Source: an uncultured Actinomycetota bacterium
Lineage (GTDB): Bacteria > Actinomycetota > Actinomycetes > JACCUZ01
Direction: 5' to 3'
Assembly (NCBI GenBank): GCA_963789855.1
Contig: CAWBMM010000007.1
Coordinates: 70,842-134,841 of the forward strand
Length of the DNA stretch: 64,000 nt
This document shows positions 49,264-58,301 of the stretch, piece after piece. The notes under the pieces were generated by a model. The model was not told the DNA's origin and did not search any database. It saw nothing but the letters and a program-made list of their open reading frames with translations. The stretch's first letter is position 1, and each line of letters starts with the position of its first letter. Position numbers and translations under genes: made by a program.

Positions 49264-50223
49264 ATGGACACCGTCGGCGAGAGCCGCCCGAGGGGACGGA
49301 GCCGGCGGAAGGCCGCCAGGGCGGCGCCGTCCAAGTGGGTCGACCTCGACGGGCCGGTCCACTACGTCGACTACGGGGGCCCCGAGGACGGCCCGCTGCT
49401 CGTGTGCGTGCACGGCCTGGGCGGCTCGGTGGTCAACTGGGCCGCCGTCGGCCCGGACCTGGCCCGGACCTGCCGGGTGATCGCCCTCGACCTCGCCGGC
49501 TTCGGCCGCACGCTGAGCGGCGGCCGGCCGACCACGGTGCACGCGAACCAGGAGCTGCTGCACCGGTTCCTCACCGAGGTCGTGGAGCCCCCAGCCGTGC
49601 TGGTGGGCAACTCGATGGGCGGCCTGATCTCCGTCCTGCAGGCGAACGCCCACCCGGACACGGTGGCGGGGATGGTGCTCGTCGACCCCGCGCTCCCGGT
49701 CGGGGTGCGGGCTCGTCCACACCCGCTCGTCACCGCGCTGTTCGCCGCCTACGCCGTACCCGCGGTCGGACGCACGCTGATGTCGCGGCGCCGTTCGACG
49801 AGGTCGGCAGAGGACCAGGCGATGGACGTGCTGCGGCTCTGCTGCGCGGACGCGTCCCGGGTGCCGGCCGAGGTCGTGGCGGCCCATCTCGAGCTGGCCC
49901 GCGAGCGCCGCGACCAGGCCGACGTCGACGCCGAGCTCGTGATCGCCGCCCGGTCGCTGCTCTGGGTGCTGGCCCGTCGGCGCAGGCATGCCGAGATGCT
50001 CCGGGAGATCCGGGTGCCTGTGCTGCTGCTGCACGGCGACCGGGACCGGCTGGTGCCGGTCGCAGCCGCCCGTGCGGTGGCCGCGGCGAACCCGCTCTGG
50101 CGGTTCGAGGTCGCCGAGGGTGTCGGGCACGTCCCGCAGCTCGAGGTGCCCGACTGGACGGTCGAGCGCATCCTCGACTGGCTCGCCCGGGACGGCCGCG
50201 CGGCCGCACTGGCCGCGCGCTAG
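49264..50223 (+). CDS. alpha/beta hydrolase
   Basis: 319 aa. 'LLVCVHGLGGS', nucleophile elbow 'LVGNSMGG', 'LLLHGDRDRLVP', 'GVGHVPQLE'. Confidence 0.8.
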   Translation: MDTVGESRPRGRSRRKAARAAPSKWVDLDGPVHYVDYGGPEDGPLLVCVHGLGGSVVNWAAVGPDLARTCRVIALDLAGFGRTLSGGRPTTVHANQELLHRFLTEVVEPPAVLVGNSMGGLISVLQANAHPDTVAGMVLVDPALPVGVRARPHPLVTALFAAYAVPAVGRTLMSRRRSTRSAEDQAMDVLRLCCADASRVPAEVVAAHLELARERRDQADVDAELVIAARSLLWVLARRRRHAEMLREIRVPVLLLHGDRDRLVPVAAARAVAAANPLWRFEVAEGVGHVPQLEVPDWTVERILDWLARDGRAAALAAR

Positions 50224-50234
50224 CCGCCGTACCG

Positions 50235-51104
50235 TCAGGGCGCGACGGCGACCGGGCAGTGCGCGTGGTGCAGTACCGCCTGGCTCACCGAGCCCAGCAG
50301 CATGCCGGTGACCGCGCCCCGGCCACGGCTGCCGACGACGACCACCGCGGCATGCTCTGACGCGGCGTTGAGAACGGCAGCCGCGTGCCCGGGCACGACC
50401 TCGGCGACAACGGGGACGTCGGGGTACTTGTCTTCCCAGGGGGCGAGCAGGTCGGCAAGCCGTTCCGCTTCGTCCGACAGGTGCCGGCCGGTGTCGGCGG
50501 GCATCGGCAGGTTGACGCCGAAACCGTGCAGCGCGGCGGCGTGCATGGCGTGGATCGCGGTCACACCGGTGCGCAGCGAGGCGGCCAGCTCGAGGGCGAA
50601 GACCAGCGCACCCTCGGCGGGGTCCGACTCGTCGAGACCGATCACGACCCGTCGTGCGGCGCGGTCGGCCGGCGGACGCACCGTGATGACGGGGCAGACC
50701 GCGCTGCGGATCGCCTGCTGGCTGATCGACCCCATCAGCAGACCGGACCAACCGCCGTGACCCGGGGCGCCGAGCACCAGCATGCTCGCGCGCCGGCTCG
50801 CGCGCAGCAGAGCCTCGGCCGTTCCCGGCCCGGTCTGCTGCAGGGTCTCGACCGAGACCTGCACGCCGGGCACGCTCTCGGCCCTGATCTGCGCGGACTC
50901 CAGGATCGTGCGACCCGCCTCTACCCAGGTGCGCCGGAGGTCGGGGTCAGCCATGTCGTCAGGTGGGGCCGGCTGGGCATGGACGACGTGCAGGTGCTGG
51001 TGGCTGTGCATCGCCAGCCCCAGCGCCCAGTCGAGCGCCGCTCCGCTGTCGGCCGTCGAGTCGACGGCCACGACAATGGCGTCCCGAGGTGTCTTCACGA
51101 CCAT
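50235..51104 (-). CDS. tandem universal stress protein (two USP domains)
   Basis: ATG 51104. Each half ends in the ATP-binding type motif: 'VLGAPGHGGWSGLLMGSISQQAIRSAVCPVITV' and 'VVGSRGRGAVTGMLLGSVSQAVLHHAHCPVAVA'. Confidence 0.85.
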   Translation of the reverse strand: MVVKTPRDAIVVAVDSTADSGAALDWALGLAMHSHQHLHVVHAQPAPPDDMADPDLRRTWVEAGRTILESAQIRAESVPGVQVSVETLQQTGPGTAEALLRASRRASMLVLGAPGHGGWSGLLMGSISQQAIRSAVCPVITVRPPADRAARRVVIGLDESDPAEGALVFALELAASLRTGVTAIHAMHAAALHGFGVNLPMPADTGRHLSDEAERLADLLAPWEDKYPDVPVVAEVVPGHAAAVLNAASEHAAVVVVGSRGRGAVTGMLLGSVSQAVLHHAHCPVAVAP

Positions 51105-51153
51105 GTCGATCGCTCCTTGCTCGTCGTGATGTGCGGGCGCGGCGCCGGTGTGG

Positions 51154-51426
51154 TCAGCCCTCGAAGGTGAGGCGGGCCGGCTGGTGCTCGATGTCCTCGA
51201 TGTCGAGGGCCGCCACTCCGAGCAGCGTGTCGGCGAGTGCCCGCAGCGCGCGAGCGGCCGCCACCTCGTCACCGATCTCGGGGACGACTGCGTCGCCGGG
51301 CGCTCGATGGGTGCGGCCGGTGCCCTCGGGATGGCGGACGGAGTCCGAGTGCAGCACGGCCCGGGCGGACGTCTCGTCACCGTCTTCGTAGATGAACAGC
51401 TCCACGTGCCAGGTCTTGATGTGCAT
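51154..51426 (-). CDS. DUF1876 family protein
   Basis: 90 aa: 'MHIKTWHVELFIYEDGDETSARAVLHSD...GDAVVPEIGDEVAAARALRALADTLL'. Confidence 0.7.
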   Translation of the reverse strand: MHIKTWHVELFIYEDGDETSARAVLHSDSVRHPEGTGRTHRAPGDAVVPEIGDEVAAARALRALADTLLGVAALDIEDIEHQPARLTFEG

Positions 51427-51734
51427 GGGGGTCCGCCTCCCTGGGTCTTGCCTGCAGCGTGCGCTCCCGGCGTCGAAAACCGCCAGGGGCGGAGGTCCCG
51501 TCGTACGTCAAGGAGCGGAAAGGGTTCTGCGCCGCTTAGGTGGCGTCACGAGGTGCAGGGTGTGCGCGATGCGCAACTCCTTGCCGCTTCTGGTCGAGCC
51601 CTTTCCGCTCGTTGCCCATCACACCGCCGCCGTCCGTGGCGGAACAGGGAACAAGGGCCGGTGCACCGGGGACCTTTGCTCCTGTTGCTGCGCCGACGAG
51701 CGGGTCAGCCCGTTCGCCGGAGGAAGGGGCCTCG

Positions 51735-51923
51735 ATGAAGGCAGTCGTCGTGGTGGAGTCGATGTTCGGCAACAGCAGGGCGGTGGCCGAGGCGGTCGGT
51801 GTCGGGCTGTCGAGCCAGGACGGGCTCGACGTCGTCGTGCTGGACGTGGCGAGCGCCCGGTTGGCCATGGACGGCGTCGACCTCGTCGTCGCCGGCCGAG
51901 CCGCCCACCTCGTGACCCGCTGA
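51735..51923 (+). pseudogene. 5' remnant of a flavodoxin-like gene
   Basis: ATG 51735 after GGAGGAAGGGG. 'MKAVVVVESMFGNSRAVAEAVGVGLSSQDGLDVVVLDVASARLAMDGVDLVVAG...' stops after 62 codons, 25 nt before the 3' end of the convergent STAND gene. As I remember them, relatives are about 150+ aa. Confidence 0.45.
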
Positions 51924-51947
51924 CGCCCTAGCGACAGCCCGTCAGGC

Positions 51948-54695
51948 TCAGTCGGGAAGGGAAGCCCTCGCGAGGTCGAGTGCATCCTTGATCGAGAGTC
52001 CGCGACCCCTCTCGGTTGCCCGGGCGGTCTCGTCAGCCGGCAGGGACGCGCGCGCTCGGTCGACGAACTCACGGCCCGGCGTCTCGTCGGCGTAGACGTT
52101 GACGATGCCCTCCTGAGCGGCATAGACCTCTGCCGCGGCCGCGATCTGCGCAGCGTTCCCCGGCCGGCCCTCCACCACCTCGACGGCCGCAAGTCCGATC
52201 AGCGACAGCCCGACCCCACGCACGCTCGCCACGTCCGTGTAGGCCTGCGCCGACTCGAGGAAGAACCAGCGGGCGAGCGTCGGATCGTGGATGCGCAGCT
52301 GCGTCCACGCCATCTCGCCGAGGATGCGGGCTTCCTCGGCTCGGTCACCGACTGCCTCGAACGCGGTGAGCGAGCGGCGATAGAGGTCGAGGGCCTTGGT
52401 GAGGTCTCCGCTGCCTGCCGCGAGTGCGGCGAGCCCGCCGAGCGAGAGACCGGAGCCCTCGGCGTCTCCGATCCGCCGCTGGACCGTCAGAGCCTCCGCG
52501 TACCGTCGCCGGGCTGTGTCGACGTCGCCGGAGACGGCGTACAGCATCCCCTCCACAGTGCCGCAGAAGGCCTCGGCCCAGGCGAGGCGGGCGGCACGGC
52601 TGCGTTCGATGCCGGCGCTCGTGGCTCGGATGCCTGCGGCGGCGTCGACTCCGATCTGACCGAGGCCGATGCAGAACGCAGTCACGCACAGCTCGCGCTC
52701 GGCATCGAGCTCGCCCGCGATGCGGTGGGCCTCGGCCCACTGGTTGTTCGCCTGGTCGTTCTGACCCAGGATCCACGAGGCCAGGCCGCTCGTGGCCAGG
52801 GCGCCGGCCCGACCGACCGTCGGAGCCGCGGCCGTATCGACCGCCAGGAACGACGCGGAGTAGTCCCGGGCAGTGAGGTTCTTGCCGCGGAGGTGCCAGT
52901 ACAGGAACAGGTCACCCGCCATCTGCATCCCCGCCTCGGCCGCTGCGGCCGACCCGGCGCGCGCCGCGGCGAGCAGCGTGTCGTGGGCAGCAAGAACGTT
53001 GCCCTCGTCGAGGATGCCGCGGGCCAGCGACCGGACCTGGTCGGTTCCTTCGATGCCGTCGCGGACGTGCTGCGCAAAGGCCGCGTACCGATGGGCGTGC
53101 CTGAGTGCGAACTCGTCGGCCTCGCCCGCGATCTCGAGACGCTCACGGGCGTACTCCTGGATCGTCTGGAGCATCCGCACGCGGTCGTCGGGACCGTCGA
53201 CTGTGACGAGAGCCTTGTCGACGAGGGACTGGAGCTCGTCGAGGACGTGCGAGTCGGAGGGCGAGCACACGGCGGCGAGGTCGGCAAAGGAGCACCCTCC
53301 GACGAAGACGGCCATCCGGCGGAAGAGTCGTTGCTCCGGCTCGCTGAGCAGAAAGTGGCTCCAGTCGATGGTGGCGCGCAAGGTCTGGTGCCGACTGGGC
53401 TGGTCTCTACTCCCCGTCGTGAGCACGTCGAGGGCGTGGCCCAGCTGCTCGAGAAGCAGCTCGGGGGACAGCAGCCGCATGCGCGCCGCCGCGAGCTCCA
53501 GGGCCAGTGGCAGTCCGTCGAGGCGCCGGCAGATCGCCGTCACGGCAGCCGCGTTGTGCGCGGTGAGCTCGAACGAGCCCTTGGCGGCCGTCGCCCGCTC
53601 GACGAACAGGGCGATGGCGGCGTAGTCCAGGAGCGACTCCGTCAGAAGACCATCGCCCGACTCGGGCAGCGCCAGTGGCGTCAGCACGTACTCCCGCTCG
53701 GCTCTGATGCGCAACGGCGTCCGGCTCGTCGTCACGATGTGCAGCGCTGGACAGCGGTCGACCAGCCACGCGACGTCCGGGGCCGCGGACACGATCTGCT
53801 CCAGGTTGTCCAGCAGGAGCAGGGCCTCGCCGTCGCCGATCAGGGCGGCGAGGCCGTCGCCCAGGCTGCGCTCCTCGGCCTCCTTCACGTTGAGGGCATC
53901 GGCCAGTGCAGGGAGGAAGGCCTCCGGCTCCGTGACGTCGGCCATCGCCACGAAGGCGACCCCGGCCGCGAAGTGTGACGAGAGCTGTCGACCCAGCTCG
54001 CTGAGCAGGCTGGTCTTCCCGACGCCGCCCGGCCCCGTGATCGTGACGACGCGATGCCCTCTCGTCAGCTCGGCGAGGGCATCGAGGTCTCGAGCCCGAC
54101 CCCGCAGACGTGCGGACGGCTTGGGCAGGTTGTCCGGCAGGCGCGAGAGCCGCTCGCCCTTGCCTGCGAGCTCTCGCGGATCAGGCACCACCACGCCGTC
54201 GGCTGACATGGCGTACAGGCCGAACGGGCGGCCGACGTTCTTCAGCGTGAACCGGCCGAGGTCGACGACCGCGACGTCGTTGCGACTCGCGACCTGCTCG
54301 TGGGCGGAGTCCGACAGCATGACCGCGCCCGGTACGGCGAACGACTCGATCCGCGAGGCGATGTTCACCGCCGCGCCGGTGAGCCTCTCGGGCTCGACGA
54401 TCACCTCACCGATGTGGATCCCGATGCGCGCCGAGACCTCCTGCGCGAGCAGCTCGCGCTGGATCTCGACCCCGGCGCTCACCGCGGCGAGCGCAGTCGG
54501 GAACATGCTCATGCTGCCGTCGCCGAGCCGTTGGACGATCGTGCCGCCGAAGGCTGCGTGCTGGCGTTCCAGCGCCCACCAGTAGCGGTCGCGCTTGCCG
54601 AGGCCGACCCGCTCGTCGGCCTGGAGCAGGGCGGTGTAGCCGACCATGTCGGTGAACATCACGGCGACGAGTCGACGATCGAGCCCGTCTGTCAC
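51948..54695 (-). CDS. class III adenylate/guanylate cyclase domain + NB-ARC/AAA STAND ATPase + TPR-like repeats
   Basis: GTG 54695 after GAGGGAGGG. 'LVAVMFTDMVGYTALL...GDGSMSMF...IGIHIGEV...GAAVNIASRIES' (cyclase). 'VVTITGPGGVGKTSLL', 'LLLLDNLEQ' (P-loop/Walker B). About 450 aa of helical TPR-like C-terminus. 915 aa, uninterrupted. Confidence 0.85.
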   Translation of the reverse strand: MTDGLDRRLVAVMFTDMVGYTALLQADERVGLGKRDRYWWALERQHAAFGGTIVQRLGDGSMSMFPTALAAVSAGVEIQRELLAQEVSARIGIHIGEVIVEPERLTGAAVNIASRIESFAVPGAVMLSDSAHEQVASRNDVAVVDLGRFTLKNVGRPFGLYAMSADGVVVPDPRELAGKGERLSRLPDNLPKPSARLRGRARDLDALAELTRGHRVVTITGPGGVGKTSLLSELGRQLSSHFAAGVAFVAMADVTEPEAFLPALADALNVKEAEERSLGDGLAALIGDGEALLLLDNLEQIVSAAPDVAWLVDRCPALHIVTTSRTPLRIRAEREYVLTPLALPESGDGLLTESLLDYAAIALFVERATAAKGSFELTAHNAAAVTAICRRLDGLPLALELAAARMRLLSPELLLEQLGHALDVLTTGSRDQPSRHQTLRATIDWSHFLLSEPEQRLFRRMAVFVGGCSFADLAAVCSPSDSHVLDELQSLVDKALVTVDGPDDRVRMLQTIQEYARERLEIAGEADEFALRHAHRYAAFAQHVRDGIEGTDQVRSLARGILDEGNVLAAHDTLLAAARAGSAAAAEAGMQMAGDLFLYWHLRGKNLTARDYSASFLAVDTAAAPTVGRAGALATSGLASWILGQNDQANNQWAEAHRIAGELDAERELCVTAFCIGLGQIGVDAAAGIRATSAGIERSRAARLAWAEAFCGTVEGMLYAVSGDVDTARRRYAEALTVQRRIGDAEGSGLSLGGLAALAAGSGDLTKALDLYRRSLTAFEAVGDRAEEARILGEMAWTQLRIHDPTLARWFFLESAQAYTDVASVRGVGLSLIGLAAVEVVEGRPGNAAQIAAAAEVYAAQEGIVNVYADETPGREFVDRARASLPADETARATERGRGLSIKDALDLARASLPD

Positions 54696-54807
54696 CGCAC
54701 CCTCCCTCGGGGCTCCCGGACCCACCCCGCCTGGGCGCCGCGAGCGTAACGGGAACCACCCGGGCGCGGGGCGAGATCGGAGGTGTTCGGCCGGGGCGGG
54801 CAGCGGG

Positions 54808-56193
54808 TCAAGCCGACGGCCCTGGCCGCCGCGGCACGCCGAGCCCGATGGCCAGCGCGCCGAGCAGCACCGTGACACCGCCGGCTGTGACCAGGCCGGC
54901 GGCGATGCCGGTCAGGTGCGGCAGGGTCGCCGCGGCCTTGGCGTCGACGGCGACACCCCGGCTGCCGTCGGCGTTCATCACCACGACGGCCCAGTGACCG
55001 GTGGTGACCGGCCAGGTGAGCCGTTGCTCGCCCAGCCCAGCGCGCTGGGCGACCCAGAACGTCTGGTCGCGGGGATCCGGTGCCGGCCCGGTGCCACCCG
55101 CACGACGGTAGGAGGCGTGGTTCCCGAAGTCGGTCACCTCGGCGTACGCCGTCCCGGACAGCCACCTGGTGACCTCATCACGGGGGCCGATGCCGACGAA
55201 GACGGGCCGTCCGGCCGCCGCGCGGACGGTGAGGGCCACGGTGCCGAGCTGCTCCGGCCCCGAGAGCCAACCGGGGCCGTCGAAGGTCAGGTCGGCGTCG
55301 GTCAGCAAGGCGGTCGTCGGCGTGCGGAAGGTCTGGCTGCCGGTGCTGACGAAACCGGCGGCGTTGCGCGAGACCTGGTCGGCGACGAGCAGCGCCCCGC
55401 CGGCCGCGGCGGCGCCGAGCCCGAGCAGACAGGCGAGGGCGCCGACGGAGACCGCGGTGACGCGGCCGCCGGTCCAACGACCCACGGTGGCAGGAGGCTG
55501 CGCTGCGACCCCGACGTCGTCAGGAGATGGCGCGATCGCCGCGTCGGCGCCGCCCTGGTCCAGGCGGAACGGCGGGTAGCGGTCGGTCATCAGGCCGACA
55601 TAGGCGGCCACCCGCAGCACCCACCGGTTCATCCCGAGGACGAAGTCGAAGATGGGCCTCGGGTAGATCCCGGTGAACAGCAGCGCGACGGCGGCGACCA
55701 GTACGAGCAGCCCGATGAGGCTGATGCTCGTCCACGAGTCGTTGCTGCCCACGGCGTAGGCGCCGCCGAGGAACACGCAGACGACGAGAAGATGCGGCAG
55801 AGCCAGCAGCCATTTGACGAGCACCAGCCCGTGCGACAGGTGCTCGGGGTGGTCGATGTGCAGCGTCGCGGGATAGTCGGGTCGGTCGGCAAGTGTGAAC
55901 GGGGGGTAGGCGTCGGTGCCGAGGGCGCCGTACGCGTAGTAGCAGACTCGCCAGGTCCACCGGAGCACCCCGACGTTGTAGTCGAAGACGACCCGCGGAT
56001 ACCTGCCGGTGAACAGGATGGCGAAAAAGGCCACCACGGTCATCACCACGAACCCGGCCCACAGAGCGACGAGGACGACGACGTGCGGCAGCACCAGCAA
56101 CCACTTGACAAGCCACAGCCAGCGGGACAACGGGCGGTCCAGCCGACCGGTCACCTCGACGGGGTACGGGCGCGGGACGAGTGTGGTCGTCAT
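54808..56193 (-). CDS. membrane protein with two DUF4389 repeats and a large C-terminal domain
   Basis: ATG 56193 after GGGAGA. Repeats 'SRWLWLVKWLLVLPHVVVL...FTGRYPRVVFDY' and 'HGLVLVKWLLALPHLLVV...FTGIYPRPIFDF', then about 230 aa more and a C-terminal TM. Confidence 0.7.
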   Translation of the reverse strand: MTTTLVPRPYPVEVTGRLDRPLSRWLWLVKWLLVLPHVVVLVALWAGFVVMTVVAFFAILFTGRYPRVVFDYNVGVLRWTWRVCYYAYGALGTDAYPPFTLADRPDYPATLHIDHPEHLSHGLVLVKWLLALPHLLVVCVFLGGAYAVGSNDSWTSISLIGLLVLVAAVALLFTGIYPRPIFDFVLGMNRWVLRVAAYVGLMTDRYPPFRLDQGGADAAIAPSPDDVGVAAQPPATVGRWTGGRVTAVSVGALACLLGLGAAAAGGALLVADQVSRNAAGFVSTGSQTFRTPTTALLTDADLTFDGPGWLSGPEQLGTVALTVRAAAGRPVFVGIGPRDEVTRWLSGTAYAEVTDFGNHASYRRAGGTGPAPDPRDQTFWVAQRAGLGEQRLTWPVTTGHWAVVVMNADGSRGVAVDAKAAATLPHLTGIAAGLVTAGGVTVLLGALAIGLGVPRRPGPSA

Positions 56194-56283
56194 GGCGGTC
56201 TCCCTGGTCGCTGCCGGTTCCAGCCTCCTCCGGCGGCCCGCGGTGCGGCAGGGACGAAGGTCCTGCGGCCTCACGCCCGCGGC

Positions 56284-56324
56284 GAGGCCGGAACCCTGCG
56301 AACGAGTCGCAGGGTTCCGGCCTC
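56284..56324 (-). terminator. perfect 18-bp hairpin downstream of the secreted-protein gene
   Basis: gaggccggaaccctgcga acgag tcgcagggttccggcctc, 15 nt after the stop at 56339 and upstream of the DUF4389 gene. Confidence 0.6.
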
Positions 56325-56338
56325 GGTGGTCCCTGTGC

Positions 56339-56785
56339 TCAGCGGGTGATCGAGATGGTCCGGCTGTCCGTGACCATCTCCCCGCACGTGTAACCGCATC
56401 CGGAGAGGACGGCGTCGGCGAACGCCGGCCCCTTCTTGAACACCCGGGACCCGGACTGCGCGACGACCGAGACCGACAGCACCTGTGGCTGCCCGCTGCA
56501 CGTCGGCTCAAGGCTCCGGGAGCCGGCAGTGGTGCCGTTCCCGGCCCGCTGCGTCACGGTGAGGCTGAGCTGGGCGAACGCCCCCTGGGGACAGGTCACG
56601 TCCACCTGTACCGTCACGGCAGCACCTCGTGCCTCCAGCAGCGCGGGAGATTCGACCGCGACGTTCCACGTCTCCCCTGACGAGAGGAACGAGACCGCCG
56701 ACGACGCAGGGACCGCGGCGCCCAGGATGGCTCCCGCCAGCACGGCGAGGAACGCCAGCTGCTGTCTTCGATTGAACCTGCTCAT
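56339..56785 (-). CDS. small secreted Cys-containing protein, unknown function
   Basis: 148 aa. Signal peptide 'LAFLAVLAGAILGAAVPASSA'. Beta-rich, with four Cys (VTCPQG, PTCSGQ, SGCGYTCGE). The ATG overlaps the upstream stop (ATGA 56782-56785). Confidence 0.6.
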   Translation of the reverse strand: MSRFNRRQQLAFLAVLAGAILGAAVPASSAVSFLSSGETWNVAVESPALLEARGAAVTVQVDVTCPQGAFAQLSLTVTQRAGNGTTAGSRSLEPTCSGQPQVLSVSVVAQSGSRVFKKGPAFADAVLSGCGYTCGEMVTDSRTISITR

Positions 56786-58221
56786 CGTCCTTCCTCTCTG
56801 TCCTGGCCGCCGGGCTCGGCGGTCGCGATGGTGTGCGGTCGGCTGCCGGTGACCGACCCGAGGAGGGCTGCAGCGAGAAGGGGTACGGCCGGCACGTGCC
56901 AGACGAAGTCGAGCGCCCCGTGGATGGCGACGGCTGTCAGGGCGGCGGCCACGCCGCCGGCGAGAACGGACGTCGCGCCTCGGCGAACCGCTGCGTGCAG
57001 CAGCACGGCGCTGCCGCCGAGGACGAGCAGGAGCAGTACCAGGCCGGGAACGCCGAGCTCGGCGAGGACCTGCAGGTACTCGTCGTGCACGAAACGCAGG
57101 GTGTGACTTGCGCCGTCGGGGTTGCTCCAGCGGACCCAGCCCCTCCCCGGCCCGACTCCGGCCAGCGGGTGCTGCCAGGCGAGGCGAAGCGCTGTCGAGG
57201 TGGCCTCCGCTCTGGGGGCGGATCCGAGCTGGGCGCGCCACTGCGCGACGGCTGACAGTGGCCCAGCCAGGGGACCGGCGACAAGCACACCGCTGAGCAG
57301 CACAATCGGCGGACCGCACCAGATGGCAAGCCGTCGCGGGCACCTGCCGACGAGCCATGCCGAAGCCAGAACGCCGGTTGTCAGCCCGATGATCGCCAGG
57401 GGTCGACCGGGTGCGGAGGAGAGCGGCATCGACGGCACCAGGGCGGCCAGTGCGATCGCCGCCCCCACGCCCGGGGCGAGGGCCGCGGAGAGGGTGCGCC
57501 ACGGGCTACCCGTCACCGTCAGCACGACGAGCCCGACGGCGAGGCTGAGGATGCCGGCGCGACTGAGCGTGGCGGCCACGCCGACCAGCAGCACCGTCGT
57601 GGTCGCGGCAAGGATCGGGTCGCCCGGCCGTGCGACGAGGCGGCTCAGGCTCACCAGGGTGAGCGGCACCAGCACCGCGGCGGCTGCGTTGGCGTAGGTC
57701 AGGCTCGACGTGGCCCGCCAGACGCCGTCGTTGGACAGTGCCAACGGGCTGGCGTGCCAGACGACGCCCGCCCAGCCGAGCAGCGACACGAGCCCCCCGA
57801 CTCCCAGCAGACCGTTGAGCAGCATCAACCGGTCGTCGAGCGTCAGGCGGCGCACCGCGAGCACCACCGCGCCGAGGCCAGCCAGGAGCAGGGCCGGTCG
57901 CAGCCCCGACGCTGGTTCGGGGCTCGCGAGGCCGCGCGCGAGCACCCAGCCGCTCAGCGCGAGGAGAGCGGCCACCGGCGGCGTGCTGAGCTCGACGCGG
58001 GTAGGACGGCCCCCGGCCAGGCTGGTCGCGAGTGCGGCCGTGACGGTGACCGTGAGCAGCTGCCGTCCGGGTGCGTAGAAGCCTCCCTGGGCCAGCAGGG
58101 CACAGGTGATCCCCGTCAGCAGCAACAGCGCTGACGCCGTCAGGACGCGGAGCTGGCGATCGTGGTCCGGGGCACGCCCGTGAGCCACCCGAACATCCCC
58201 CGTGGTACCCATCGCCGCCAC
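56782..58221 (-). CDS. polytopic O-antigen-ligase-like (Wzy_C-type) membrane protein
   Basis: 479 aa with at least 10 hydrophobic segments and one larger loop ('RAQLGSAPRAEATSTALRLAWQHPLAGVGPGRGW...HDEYLQVLAELG'). The family call rests on overall architecture. Start uncertain. Confidence 0.5.
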   Translation of the reverse strand: MAAMGTTGDVRVAHGRAPDHDRQLRVLTASALLLLTGITCALLAQGGFYAPGRQLLTVTVTAALATSLAGGRPTRVELSTPPVAALLALSGWVLARGLASPEPASGLRPALLLAGLGAVVLAVRRLTLDDRLMLLNGLLGVGGLVSLLGWAGVVWHASPLALSNDGVWRATSSLTYANAAAAVLVPLTLVSLSRLVARPGDPILAATTTVLLVGVAATLSRAGILSLAVGLVVLTVTGSPWRTLSAALAPGVGAAIALAALVPSMPLSSAPGRPLAIIGLTTGVLASAWLVGRCPRRLAIWCGPPIVLLSGVLVAGPLAGPLSAVAQWRAQLGSAPRAEATSTALRLAWQHPLAGVGPGRGWVRWSNPDGASHTLRFVHDEYLQVLAELGVPGLVLLLLVLGGSAVLLHAAVRRGATSVLAGGVAAALTAVAIHGALDFVWHVPAVPLLAAALLGSVTGSRPHTIATAEPGGQDREEGR

Positions 58222-58301
58222 CCCCGGTCCAGCGCTACTGCTTCAGGAAACTCCTGCGCGGCCGATCCGTGAAGGGACCCGGGCTTGCGAACTTCGATGC
58301 C

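Noticed and set aside
47704-50751. 1015-aa ORF that would make a giant WS/DGAT fusion protein.
   Set aside because: Only the last ~455 aa (from 49071) are WS/DGAT-like. The upstream part is antisense to the alpha/beta hydrolase and USP genes and has off-frame composition.
51668-51682. DosR-type box (GGGAC-N4-GTCCC-like): 'ggggacctttgctcc' upstream of the flavodoxin-like remnant, plus other GGGAC-containing spacers.
   Set aside because: These are only partial half-site matches, with no second good half-site. I found no repeated, convincing motif by eye in the other candidate promoters.
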